Below the pieces are notes generated by a model. It ran no database searches. It was not told the origin of the DNA and saw only the letters and a list, made by a program, of their open reading frames with translations. The position numbers and the translations under genes were made by a program. Positions 51,923 to 61,135 of a DNA stretch of 64,000 nt are shown here, one piece after another. Each line of letters begins with the position of its first letter. The stretch's first letter is position 1. Source of the DNA: an uncultured candidate division Zixibacteria bacterium (lineage in GTDB: Bacteria > Zixibacteria > MSB-5A5 > UBA10806); contig CAWFQL010000016.1 of the NCBI GenBank assembly GCA_963817915.1, positions 320,001 through 384,000 on the forward strand, given 5' to 3'.

Positions 51923-53473
51923 ATGAAACTCTGCACTCCTCATCAGATGCAAAATATCGATCGTCGCGCAATCGATGAAATGAAAATACCCGGCCTCGAC
52001 CTCATGGAAAATGCCGGCTCCAAGGTGGCCGAGACTATTCTGCAGCATTTCGGCAATGTGCGCGGAAAAATCGTGACAATTGTCTGCGGCAAGGGGAATA
52101 ATGGCGGCGATGGATTTGTTGTTGCCAGGTTGCTCCATGAAAAAGCGGCGAAGATCGAATTATTTATTATAGGCGATAAGCTGGCGGTTCAAGGGGATGC
52201 CGAGAACAATCTCAAACGAGCCGAGCAGGCTGGACTTCTGGTAAAAGAAATTCGTGGTGTCGATGAATTCTTTATTCACGACGAGACCGCGCTCATTGTC
52301 GACGCGATATTCGGGACAGGATTTTCGGGCCAGATTGGAAGCCCCTTCGATGAAATAATTGTCCGTATCAATAATCATCCAGCTCCGGTGGTTGCTATCG
52401 ATTCTCCCAGCGGTCTGGACGCTGCCACCGGCGAGGTCTCCGCGCCGACAGTGCAGGCCGATCTAACTGTAACATTCGGGCTGCCGAAGTACGGACAGAT
52501 GATTTATCCCGGCAAATCATTCCGCGGATCTCTGGTGATTGCCGATATTGGATTTCCCTATAGAGCAATCAGCGATGAAAATATTTATCTCAATGTCCTC
52601 ATGGACGACGAAGCCGCGATGCTTCTCCCGCGACGAGCCCCTGATTCGCATAAGGGTGATCTCGGCAAATTACTCGTGCTCGCCGGATCGGAAGGATACA
52701 CGGGTGCCGCCGCCTTAACCGCCGAAGCCGGGCTTCGTTCCGGAACCGGTTTGACAATTTTGGGTTGTCCGACTGGATTAAATGATATTTTAGAGGTGAA
52801 ACTGACCGAAGTTATTACCAAGCCGTTGCCCGACGTCCGAAAGCGACGCTGTTTCGCCTTACGCGGGCTGGGAGAAATCAGAGAAATGACAAAATGGGCT
52901 GATGCCGTCGCGGTCGGCCCCGGAATTGGTACATATCATGAAACTCGCGACCTAATTTGTCGATTGTTAGATAAACTTGACAAACCGGCAGTCTTCGATG
53001 CCGATGCCCTGACCATCCTTGCAAAGAATTTGGACTGCCTGAGGGCGCATTCCGCCCCGCTTGTAATTTCACCACACCCCGGCGAAATGTCCCGTCTGAC
53101 CGGCAAATCTATCGAAATTATTCAAGAAAATCGTATAAACATAGCCCTGGAATTCGCTTCCGACTACAATTTAGTCTGTATTTTGAAGGGTGCACCGTCT
53201 GTGATAGCCGCTCCATCGGGCCAGGCCTGGATCAATCTCAATGGCAACGATGGCATGGCGACTGCCGGTTCGGGTGATGTTTTAACCGGCCTGATCGGTG
53301 GATTTTTGGCGCAAGGGCTTATGGATATCGACGCCGCCATATTAGCCTGCTATGTCCATGGTAGAGCGGGAGATATGGCCAGAGATGACCTCGGCGCCCG
53401 CGGAATGATCGCCGGCGACATCCTCAGCGCAGTCCCCGAAGCCCTGAAGGGGATGGAAGAAGATAGCCATTAG
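51923..53473 (+). CDS. nnr: Bifunctional NAD(P)H-hydrate epimerase/dehydratase (YjeF)
   Basis: LMENAG, GKGNNGGDG, DAIFGTG, HKGDLG, SPHPGE and ATAGSGD motifs. Confidence 0.95.
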   Translation: MKLCTPHQMQNIDRRAIDEMKIPGLDLMENAGSKVAETILQHFGNVRGKIVTIVCGKGNNGGDGFVVARLLHEKAAKIELFIIGDKLAVQGDAENNLKRAEQAGLLVKEIRGVDEFFIHDETALIVDAIFGTGFSGQIGSPFDEIIVRINNHPAPVVAIDSPSGLDAATGEVSAPTVQADLTVTFGLPKYGQMIYPGKSFRGSLVIADIGFPYRAISDENIYLNVLMDDEAAMLLPRRAPDSHKGDLGKLLVLAGSEGYTGAAALTAEAGLRSGTGLTILGCPTGLNDILEVKLTEVITKPLPDVRKRRCFALRGLGEIREMTKWADAVAVGPGIGTYHETRDLICRLLDKLDKPAVFDADALTILAKNLDCLRAHSAPLVISPHPGEMSRLTGKSIEIIQENRINIALEFASDYNLVCILKGAPSVIAAPSGQAWINLNGNDGMATAGSGDVLTGLIGGFLAQGLMDIDAAILACYVHGRAGDMARDDLGARGMIAGDILSAVPEALKGMEEDSH

Positions 53474-53548
53474 TAGCCCAAAACACCTTGCAGTTCTGGG
53501 AAATATCCCGGATCTCCTGGAATTTTATGATTGAAATTCAAATATATT

Positions 53549-53574
53549 GTAGGGGTTTGATTTATCAAACCCTA
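53549..53574 (+). repeat. GTAG-type REP palindrome upstream of RAYT
   Basis: GTAGGGGTTTGATTTATCAAACCCTA; inverted near-identical copy at 53888-53911. Confidence 0.8.
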
Positions 53575-53606
53575 AATATTACTTATACTCTAATAAAGAG
53601 ATAAAA

Positions 53607-54179
53607 TTGATGTCCAAATTCGTCTCACGTCATAATACCAGGCTTCCCGTATTCAATTACGCAACACAGGGATCGTATTTTATAACAATTTGCGTCCACC
53701 AAATGAAAGAGGAATTTGGCACGGTAATGAAAGATATAATGCATTTGAATGAATATGGCGCGATCGCTGCGTCACGATGGCAACAATTATCTGAGCATTT
53801 TTTAAATATCGAATTAGATGAATTTATTGCTATGCCAAATCATATACATGGAATAATTATCATTAAAGATGTCGAAGAACATGGAGCGGGTTTGATGAAT
53901 CAAACCCCTACGCAAACTTCCAGAAAAAGCAAAAATTGGCAACTATTGTCTGAATCTTCCGGCGCTCTTGGCAAATATATTAGGTATTTCAAGGCTGGAA
54001 CAGCGAGAGTAATTAGGCAGAACGGCTGTACTGATTTCCGCTGGCAAAGAAATTATTATGAACATGTTATTCGTAATGAACGAGACTTATTTGCCATAAG
54101 ACGATATATACATAATAATCCCATGAAGTGGGAGCTTGATGACCATAATCTACGGAATCACAAGAATAGGAATTTGTAG
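53607..54179 (+). mobile_element. REP-associated tyrosine transposase (RAYT, Y1 HUH family)
   Basis: YFITIC, MPNHIHGI (HUH), WQRNYYEHVIR and YIHNNP motifs; flanked by GTAG REPs. Confidence 0.92.
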
Positions 54180-54236
54180 CTCAAAACATACAATTTTTTC
54201 GGTTTTCTCCAAATCTCTAAGAGAATTGAGCTACAA
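54174..54236. repeat. Inverted GTAG REP-like pair
   Basis: TTGTAGCTCAA (54174-54184) and TTGAGCTACAA (54226-54236). Confidence 0.6.
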
Positions 54237-54259
54237 CTAATCATAGATTCAATATTGAC

Positions 54260-54949
54260 ATGTTAGATCAAATTTTTTCATATCGTGAAATGTGTGATGC
54301 TGAAAAAATGCAGACGCTTCAACGAGGCATGAATTTCAAAATAAATCCTCAATACTCATTAGTACTTATGTCTAGACGTTCTAATGCTCCTTATCTTGAT
54401 AATATCCTTGATGATGGAATAACGATTGAATACGAAGGTCATGACGAGCCGAAGACGTCTCATGAAATAAACCCCAAAGCACTTGACCAGCCAAGTGTAA
54501 CTAAAAATGGAACATTAACGCAAAATGGAAAATTTATTGAGGCTATTGAGAATTATAAAAAGGGAATTGCAGAGGTGGAGCCCGTAAAAGTTTACGAAAA
54601 GATATTGCCCGGAGTCTGGTCGTTAAAGGGTTTTTTTGATCTAATTGACTATAAAATTAGGCATGATGGTAAAAGAAATGTTTTTAAATTTCTTTTGAGG
54701 CTGTCTCTTGATCAGAATGCGGAAAAAAACATTCAAATTGACCTAAAACATACTAGACTAATATCATCAGAGATAAAAATGGAAGTATGGAAGAGAGATA
54801 AGGGAAAATGCGTGCTTTGTGGTTCAATCAAAAATTTGCATTTCGACCATGACCTCCCTTTTTCAAAAGGAGGGACAAGCCTATTGGCCAAAAACATTCG
54901 TTTATTATGTGCTAAATGTAACTTGTCTAAATCCAATAAAATTGAATAA
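54260..54949 (+). CDS. HNH endonuclease with SRA-like N-terminal domain (putative modification-dependent restriction enzyme)
   Basis: C-terminal CVLC...HFDHDLPFSKGG...NIRLLCAKCN; N-terminal PYLD...IEYEG...DQ...N...PVKV pattern. Confidence 0.75.
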   Translation: MLDQIFSYREMCDAEKMQTLQRGMNFKINPQYSLVLMSRRSNAPYLDNILDDGITIEYEGHDEPKTSHEINPKALDQPSVTKNGTLTQNGKFIEAIENYKKGIAEVEPVKVYEKILPGVWSLKGFFDLIDYKIRHDGKRNVFKFLLRLSLDQNAEKNIQIDLKHTRLISSEIKMEVWKRDKGKCVLCGSIKNLHFDHDLPFSKGGTSLLAKNIRLLCAKCNLSKSNKIE

Positions 54950-54955
54950 TCCCGT

Positions 54956-54982
54956 GTAGGGGCCGACCTATGTGTCGGCCCG
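54956..54982 (+). repeat. GTAG REP palindrome
   Basis: GTAGGGGCCGACCTATGTGTCGGCCCG; identical copy at 55990-56016. Confidence 0.85.
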
Positions 54983-55046
54983 AACATGACGGCGCTCGCG
55001 CAGGTGCGCTCCCATACGGAAATCGACAAATATTCGAGGTATCATC

Positions 55047-55844
55047 ATGAACCGTTATGAAAATGGCAATAAAATCCTCTGGGATGAATTGACCGATGTC
55101 CATATAAAATCGTACGGTGTTGATAAATTCAAGCAGGGGAAATCGACCCTTGACGAAATTCAGCTCCGCGAAGTCGGCGATGTCAAAGGCAAAACGCTTT
55201 TGCACCTCCAATGCCATTTCGGATTGGATACGCTGTCGTGGGCCAGAGAGGGAGCGGTTGTTACCGGCGTGGATTTCGTTGAAAAAGCAATCGCCTACGC
55301 CAATAAACTTAAAGACGAAACCGGCCTCAACGCCCGTTTTATTTGCTCAAATATTTACGATCTCGAAAAACATCTCAATGAGCAATTCGATATAGTTTAC
55401 ACATCCCAAGGCGTGCTTTGCTGGCTTAGAGACTTGAATAAATGGGCTCAAATCATCGCGAAATTTCTCAAGCCGGGCGGAATATTCTATCTGATGGAAT
55501 CGCATCCGGTAATGCATATCTTCGATGATACCATCAAGGGGCCATTGAAAATCACTCAGCCGTACTTTCATAATGACGATCCGATCATCTGGGACGATCA
55601 TCATCCCGATTATTCCGATCAATCGCATCTGGTCGAAAATCCGTCGTACGAATGGCAGTGGTCGCTCTCTGACATTATTAATTCATTGATCAACGCCGGC
55701 CTGCGAATTGAATTTCTCAATGAATACAATAAGGAATTTTGCTATGCCTTGCCGGATATGGTGCGCAGGGAAGACGGTTGGTGGTACCTGCCCGGCTATG
55801 AAAAGAATTTGCCGTTGATGTTTACGATCAGAGCGAAGAAGTAG
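55047..55844 (+). CDS. Class I SAM-dependent methyltransferase
   Basis: LLHLQCHFGLDT, VTGVDF, FDIVYTS and LKPGG motifs. Confidence 0.9.
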   Translation: MNRYENGNKILWDELTDVHIKSYGVDKFKQGKSTLDEIQLREVGDVKGKTLLHLQCHFGLDTLSWAREGAVVTGVDFVEKAIAYANKLKDETGLNARFICSNIYDLEKHLNEQFDIVYTSQGVLCWLRDLNKWAQIIAKFLKPGGIFYLMESHPVMHIFDDTIKGPLKITQPYFHNDDPIIWDDHHPDYSDQSHLVENPSYEWQWSLSDIINSLINAGLRIEFLNEYNKEFCYALPDMVRREDGWWYLPGYEKNLPLMFTIRAKK

Positions 55845-55860
55845 CCTTTTTTCGATTTTT

Positions 55861-56177
55861 CATTCCAGCGAATGCCCATAATTGGCCGGGTGCATAATCG
55901 GCTGAAATCTTTCCCGGTTAAACAAAGATAGATTCCGCATCAAGCTCTCTTGAGTCCGGCGACTGACGGATGCGGAATGACAGGTTATCGTAGGGGCCGA
56001 CCTATGTGTCGGCCCGGCATAACTGACACCCCTCCGCGGTCATTGCTTTGTCCGGCAGCTGCCGGATTGTAAATCCGGCCATTGACGGACTAGCAAAGAC
56101 AGGTAATTCCTGCGAGTCACGGTTTACCGTGACCGCATCCTTTCTTCGTTTGCGGTTAGAGCAAGCCCTGACGCGCA
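55861..56177. repeat. Cluster of several palindromic REP-like elements, including the second GTAG REP (55990-56016)
   Basis: ATTCCGCAT...ATGCGGAAT, TCCGGCAGCTGCCGGA, GCCGGATTGTAAATCCGGC and GTCACGGTTTACCGTGAC. Confidence 0.7.
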
Positions 56178-56288
56178 ACAATAACAAAAATCGCCTACTC
56201 TATTTTATCGCATAATAGGTCTTCTAATTTCGCTCTCATTATTTGCATTTATTCTTGCCATATATTATCATTAATCCGCAATGCTTAC

Positions 56289-57989
56289 ATGGAGGACTCA
56301 ATGATCGCATTAGTAGTCGTTATTTCTATGATCGTGCTGCTTGCCGGATACCTGACTTACGGGAAAATTCTGTCAAACAAATTTCAGCTCAATGATGCCA
56401 ATCCCACTCCCGCCTGCCAGATCAATGATGGAGTCGATTTTGTTCCAGCCAAAGCCAGCCTGCTTTTGGGCCAGCATTTTTCGGCGATAGCGGCCGCGGG
56501 CCCGATTGTGGGACCAATATTAGCGGCAATCTGGTTTGGATGGCTTCCGGCGATTTTATGGATATTGCTCGGATCGATTTTTATCGGCGGCGTGCATGAT
56601 TTCTCAAGCCTGGTAGCATCGATTAGACATAAGGCAACATCGATTGCGGAAATAGTCAAAGGCAATATGTCGCGGACATCGCATATACTGTTTTTGATAT
56701 TCGTCTGGCTGTCATTGGTCTATGTAATCATAGCATTCACCGATATCACTGCGCAAACATTCAAGACGGTCGCGGCAGGTGATGCCTACGGGCCCGGCGT
56801 GGCGGCATCATCGATATTGTATATCCTCGTAGCAATGGTGATGGGGATTCTACTATATAAATTCAAAGTCAAAGTCGGTATCGCGACATTGATATTTCTA
56901 CCTATCGTATTATTTATAGTCTGGGTCGGCCCTCAAATGCCCGCATCGATATTATCATTCTTCGGCAGTATTCCCACCAAACAATGGGACTTGATCCTAC
57001 TGGCCTATTGCTTTATCGCCTCGATCATACCGATGTGGCTTTTGCTTCAGCCGCGCGGCTATCTTGGCGGATGGTTATTATATCTGACAATCGCAGTCGG
57101 ATTAATCGGCGCGTTATTCGGCGGATTCTCAGTACAATATCCGGCGTTGAATCTGTCCGGCATGTCGAGTATTGCGAATGGTAAGCTGATATTTCCGATT
57201 TTATTCATTACAGTGGCCTGCGGAGCGTGCTCCGGATTTCATGGAATTGTATCATCCGGCACGACATCGAAACAGCTATATAAAGAAACCGATGCCCGCA
57301 AGGTCGGCTATGGCGCCATGCTTCTCGAGGGATTAGTAGGCGTGCTGGCATTAGCGACAGTGATGATGCTACCGGTTGGCTCCGAAATGCTCAAGAGCGA
57401 CCCAAATCTTATCTATGCCAACGGTCTCGCAAAATATTTGGGCCTGATTGGTGTCGGATTCAAGATCGCGTTCCCATTTGCTTTATTGGCATTCTCGACA
57501 TTTGTTTATGATACTCTGGATGTCTGCACTCGTCTGGGCCGTTACATCTTTCAAGAAATATTCGGACTAAAGGGCCGCAGCGGAGCCGTAATTGCGACAT
57601 TGGCGACCCTTGTTATTCCGGTAGTATTCTTATTGCTCACAAAGGAAAAAGGGTATCTGGTAGCCTGGCCGATATTCGGCACCAGCAATCAGCTTCTGGC
57701 AAGTCTGATATTGATGGCGTTATCGGTGTGGCTTATGAAAACCGGCAAGAACGCCCTCTTCACGATTCTCCCTATGATATTCATGCTGGTAATGACATTA
57801 TGGTCGCTGATTGTCCAGATAATCCCATTCATGAGAATAATCCCCGAGTGGTTCGGCGGAGTCGAAATAAAACCCGATATAATAATCTCCGGAGTATTCG
57901 GTGTAATCCTTCTGGTATTGAGCTTATGGCTTTTGTATGAGGCCCGTTATGCGCTATTGCCTAAAAAGGAAAGCGTCTATGGCAAATAA
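56289..57989 (+). CDS. cstA: Carbon starvation CstA family transporter
   Basis: DGVDFVP, HFSAIAAAGPIVGP, LLQPRGY, ACGACSGFH and WPIFGTSNQLLA motifs. Confidence 0.93.
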   Translation: MEDSMIALVVVISMIVLLAGYLTYGKILSNKFQLNDANPTPACQINDGVDFVPAKASLLLGQHFSAIAAAGPIVGPILAAIWFGWLPAILWILLGSIFIGGVHDFSSLVASIRHKATSIAEIVKGNMSRTSHILFLIFVWLSLVYVIIAFTDITAQTFKTVAAGDAYGPGVAASSILYILVAMVMGILLYKFKVKVGIATLIFLPIVLFIVWVGPQMPASILSFFGSIPTKQWDLILLAYCFIASIIPMWLLLQPRGYLGGWLLYLTIAVGLIGALFGGFSVQYPALNLSGMSSIANGKLIFPILFITVACGACSGFHGIVSSGTTSKQLYKETDARKVGYGAMLLEGLVGVLALATVMMLPVGSEMLKSDPNLIYANGLAKYLGLIGVGFKIAFPFALLAFSTFVYDTLDVCTRLGRYIFQEIFGLKGRSGAVIATLATLVIPVVFLLLTKEKGYLVAWPIFGTSNQLLASLILMALSVWLMKTGKNALFTILPMIFMLVMTLWSLIVQIIPFMRIIPEWFGGVEIKPDIIISGVFGVILLVLSLWLLYEARYALLPKKESVYGK

Positions 57990-58016
57990 AGATCGTTTTC
58001 GAAAAACCCGTTGCCC

Positions 58017-58113
58017 GTCTTTGCAAGGAGACCGGCAGCCGCCGGTCGACGAACCAATCTATGGGCAGCATCCTTCAGATTGCTTCGTCCGCCTGCGGCG
58101 GACTCGCAATGAC
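58017..58113. repeat. Palindromic miniature repeat with internal hairpins
   Basis: GTCTTTGCAAG...GAACCAATCT / AGATTGCTTCG...CTCGCAATGAC inverted arms; contains tccgcctgcggcgga (58088-58102). Confidence 0.7.
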
Positions 58114-58145
58114 CTTTGCTACTGTTCGTATCGTTGAGGTATATA

Positions 58146-59361
58146 ATGAATATTAAACCAAATTTAAATAATTCGTTTAGCCCGAAAATACTTCAGCTTG
58201 CCAAATTTCACGCGGCGGAGATGATCCGTCTTCGGCGCCAGCTCCATCAATATCCCGAGACTGCTATGGAAGAATTCCAGACTCAAAAGACAATGGCCGC
58301 GATGCTCAAGAAAGCCGGTTGCCAGGTAGATACCAAGATTTGGAAAACTGCGGTCGTCGGCGTTCTAAATGGCAAACACAAAGGCAAGACTATCGGCATT
58401 CGCTCCGATATGGACGCACTGCCCGTGACAGAGCAGACCGGATATACGTTCGCAAGCAAGACCATGGGCAGGATGCACGCTTGCGGCCACGACGCTCACA
58501 TGTCGATTGTCTGGGGCGCGGCGAAGATATTAAGTGAATTGAAAGACGAGCTAAACGGCTCGATCAAATTTGTCTATCAGCCATCGGAAGAAAAACATCC
58601 CGGTGGGGCGAAAGCCGTTAATCGACCATGGCGTCCTGAAAAATCCGCAGGTATCCGCGATGCTTGGCTTGCATGTCTATCCGACTGTACCAGCAGGCAA
58701 GATCGGTATCATGGATGGCGCCATGATGGCTGAGGCAGATGAATTTACTATAACTGTTATTGGCCGTTCAGGGCATGCCGCCCGTCCGCATGAGACTGTG
58801 GATTCTATTGTAGTGGCCGCGAATATTATTACTGCATTGCAGAATATCGCCTCCAGGCAGGTGTCGCCATTCGATCCGGTGGTTATCACGATCGGCCAGA
58901 TCAATGGCGGGACAGCGAATAATATTATCACCGGCGAAGTCGTGATAAAAGGCACTGCCAGAACATTGAGCCCGAATCTGACCAAGGCAATCCCCAAGAT
59001 GCTGGAAAAAATCATCGCCGGTGTCTGTGAGACATTCGGGGCCAAATATAAATTCGATTTCACCCGTGGCTATCCTCCGCTCGTGAATAGCAAAAGCATC
59101 AACGATATTTATCGTCGGTCGGCTAGCGAGCTATATGGCGCAAAATCGATTATCGAAGTAACCGAGCCTTCGATGGGCGGTGAGGATTTCGCATTCTACA
59201 CGCAGAAGGTGCCGTCGGCTATGTTACAGCTTGGAGTTCGCAACCCAGCCATCGGCGCGGATAAGCCCTGGCATCATTCGGAATTCAAGCTCGATGAGAT
59301 GGCGATACCATTCGGCGCGGCACTACTGGCGCATTCTGCAGTAATAGCGCTCAAAAATTAA
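58146..59361 (+). CDS. M20 family amidohydrolase; split by a frameshift near 58611
   Basis: LHQYPE, RSDMDALP, MHACGHD and QPSEE in the first ORF; GLHV, GHAARPH, GGEDF and WHH in the second. Confidence 0.88.
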
Positions 59362-59377
59362 ATGAGTCTATTAATAA

Positions 59378-61099
59378 TTACTTCTTGATCCTATCAACGT
59401 ACTCATCTATCGCCTGCTTGATCGTTCTATAAATTTCTCTTACTCCATATAGATTATTTTCAATCGGATCGTTGATAATCACTGGGCCGCGTTTTGATAG
59501 ATGTCCAAGATAGCAGAGTTTTCTTTTCGCGAACGGGAATCTTTCCAGTATTGAATCTTTATTATGGCGATCGAATATGAATATGACATCGGCCCTTCGA
59601 ATCATTTTCTCGGTAACAAAAACCGAACGGTGCGCCGATAGATCGACATCGAATTCATCGGCGATATCAATCGCTCGTTGATGACAGGGCCGGCCGGCGC
59701 GCGGCAGATACCCTCCTGACGCAATCTCGATATCGGCAGGCAGCACGTTGCGGGCATAGTTATCTGCGAATGGGCTGCGGTAGATATTGCCGTAGCATAT
59801 AAAAAGAACGCCTTTCGCCTTGCGCATTAATTTTCTCGCACGATGTACTCTGAAATTCCTGATAATTTTACATTGAGGCAACGCCTCTCTGATTTTTTTG
59901 GCGATTAATTTAATCAATCGTCCGAACTCGTAGATTCCGGGCATCATGTCATCGATTACGCAGGTATCATTTTTTTCTCGAAATAACAGCAAATTAGAAA
60001 ATTCGGAGAGTACTTTGCTATTCGGCAACGTATTTTTCGATGGATCTGTCTTATCAGTCGAGAAATTGCTAAGTATCCATTCAAAATCGCGGATACGATT
60101 TCTGCAATAAAGATCAGTATTATAATCTTGAGCGAAATCTCTCTTGTTTTCAACCTTCATTTGATACAAGAAGTATGGGAAATCCGCGCCTGCTGCCACC
60201 GCCAAAGGTATCGAGCCCCAGAAACGACCGTTGATCTCGAGAAAAATCCATTTGCCGGAGGAAAAATCGAATTTGAATTCCGCCATGCCGACACCGGTGT
60301 AATCAATCTGAGAAATTATCTTCTTAGTAGCGTCCAATAGATCGGGATTGAGCTCCGCGCTTTTTCGATATGAACTCCCGCCCCCCATCAATGGCTCATG
60401 CAGTCTGACATGCTCGAACGCGAACAATATCTTCCCTTGATCTGCCAAAAACTCAATCCCCACACCTGAGCCTATAAAATTCTCCTGTATTAAAACATCG
60501 CCAAAAGCTAATAGATGCCGCAGGCTTGTCTTCAGTTCTTTCGCATTGTATGCCTTATATACATACATTTTTCTTTTAAGGTCGCGCTTGTCAAATGACG
60601 CGCGCGGCTTCAAGACAATCGGGAAAGCAAAATCGCCCAGTATCGAATCGATTTCGGCTAGATCGCGGACCCTTCGCTCTTTCGGCATCGGAATATTCAG
60701 TGAATGAGCCAGGTCATCGGTCTTGAATTTATCGAAGACGACATCATATGCTTTTTGATTCAAGAGATAGACCGATGGATATTTTTCGAAATCAGCGCGG
60801 TGTAATTCAAGCGGCGTCGAGGCTTGCTCATTTACAGGCACGACAAAATCGAATTTCCCTTTTTCGATTAAGGCGATCAGTTCGTCTTTCCAGTAATTAT
60901 TGTCAGTTGTATAGGCTGGGAGTTCGTGAATATATTTCACATATTTGGAATGACGGGCGATACCCTCGTGATGAGACCATCCGAGATGAACCCGTATTCC
61001 TTTTCGTCCAAGCGAACGAATAATAGTCAGGCAGCTTCTATAATTCTTAAAATCGGTCCCGAGGACGAGAGCTTTTCGCTCTGGCTTTATTTCATTCAA
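59378..61099 (-). CDS. ATP-grasp domain protein fused to a C-terminal LMW protein-tyrosine-phosphatase-like domain
   Basis: FPIVLKP, LIQENFIG, AEFK and LEINGRFWGS; C-terminal FICYGNIYRSPFA...INDP. Confidence 0.85.
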   Translation of the reverse strand: MNEIKPERKALVLGTDFKNYRSCLTIIRSLGRKGIRVHLGWSHHEGIARHSKYVKYIHELPAYTTDNNYWKDELIALIEKGKFDFVVPVNEQASTPLELHRADFEKYPSVYLLNQKAYDVVFDKFKTDDLAHSLNIPMPKERRVRDLAEIDSILGDFAFPIVLKPRASFDKRDLKRKMYVYKAYNAKELKTSLRHLLAFGDVLIQENFIGSGVGIEFLADQGKILFAFEHVRLHEPLMGGGSSYRKSAELNPDLLDATKKIISQIDYTGVGMAEFKFDFSSGKWIFLEINGRFWGSIPLAVAAGADFPYFLYQMKVENKRDFAQDYNTDLYCRNRIRDFEWILSNFSTDKTDPSKNTLPNSKVLSEFSNLLLFREKNDTCVIDDMMPGIYEFGRLIKLIAKKIREALPQCKIIRNFRVHRARKLMRKAKGVLFICYGNIYRSPFADNYARNVLPADIEIASGGYLPRAGRPCHQRAIDIADEFDVDLSAHRSVFVTEKMIRRADVIFIFDRHNKDSILERFPFAKRKLCYLGHLSKRGPVIINDPIENNLYGVREIYRTIKQAIDEYVDRIKK

Positions 61100-61135
61100 A
61101 AATATCTCGCCGCGTCAGAATTATTATTCACTAAT

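Noticed and set aside
54260..55844. Type II restriction-modification pair (HNH plus methyltransferase)
   Set aside because: The methyltransferase looks like a small-molecule class I enzyme, with no DPPY/NPPY or C5 PC motif.
58570..58733. Programmed ribosomal frameshifting in the split genes
   Set aside because: These families are not known to use it, and scattered one-base insertions in short runs fit sequencing error better.
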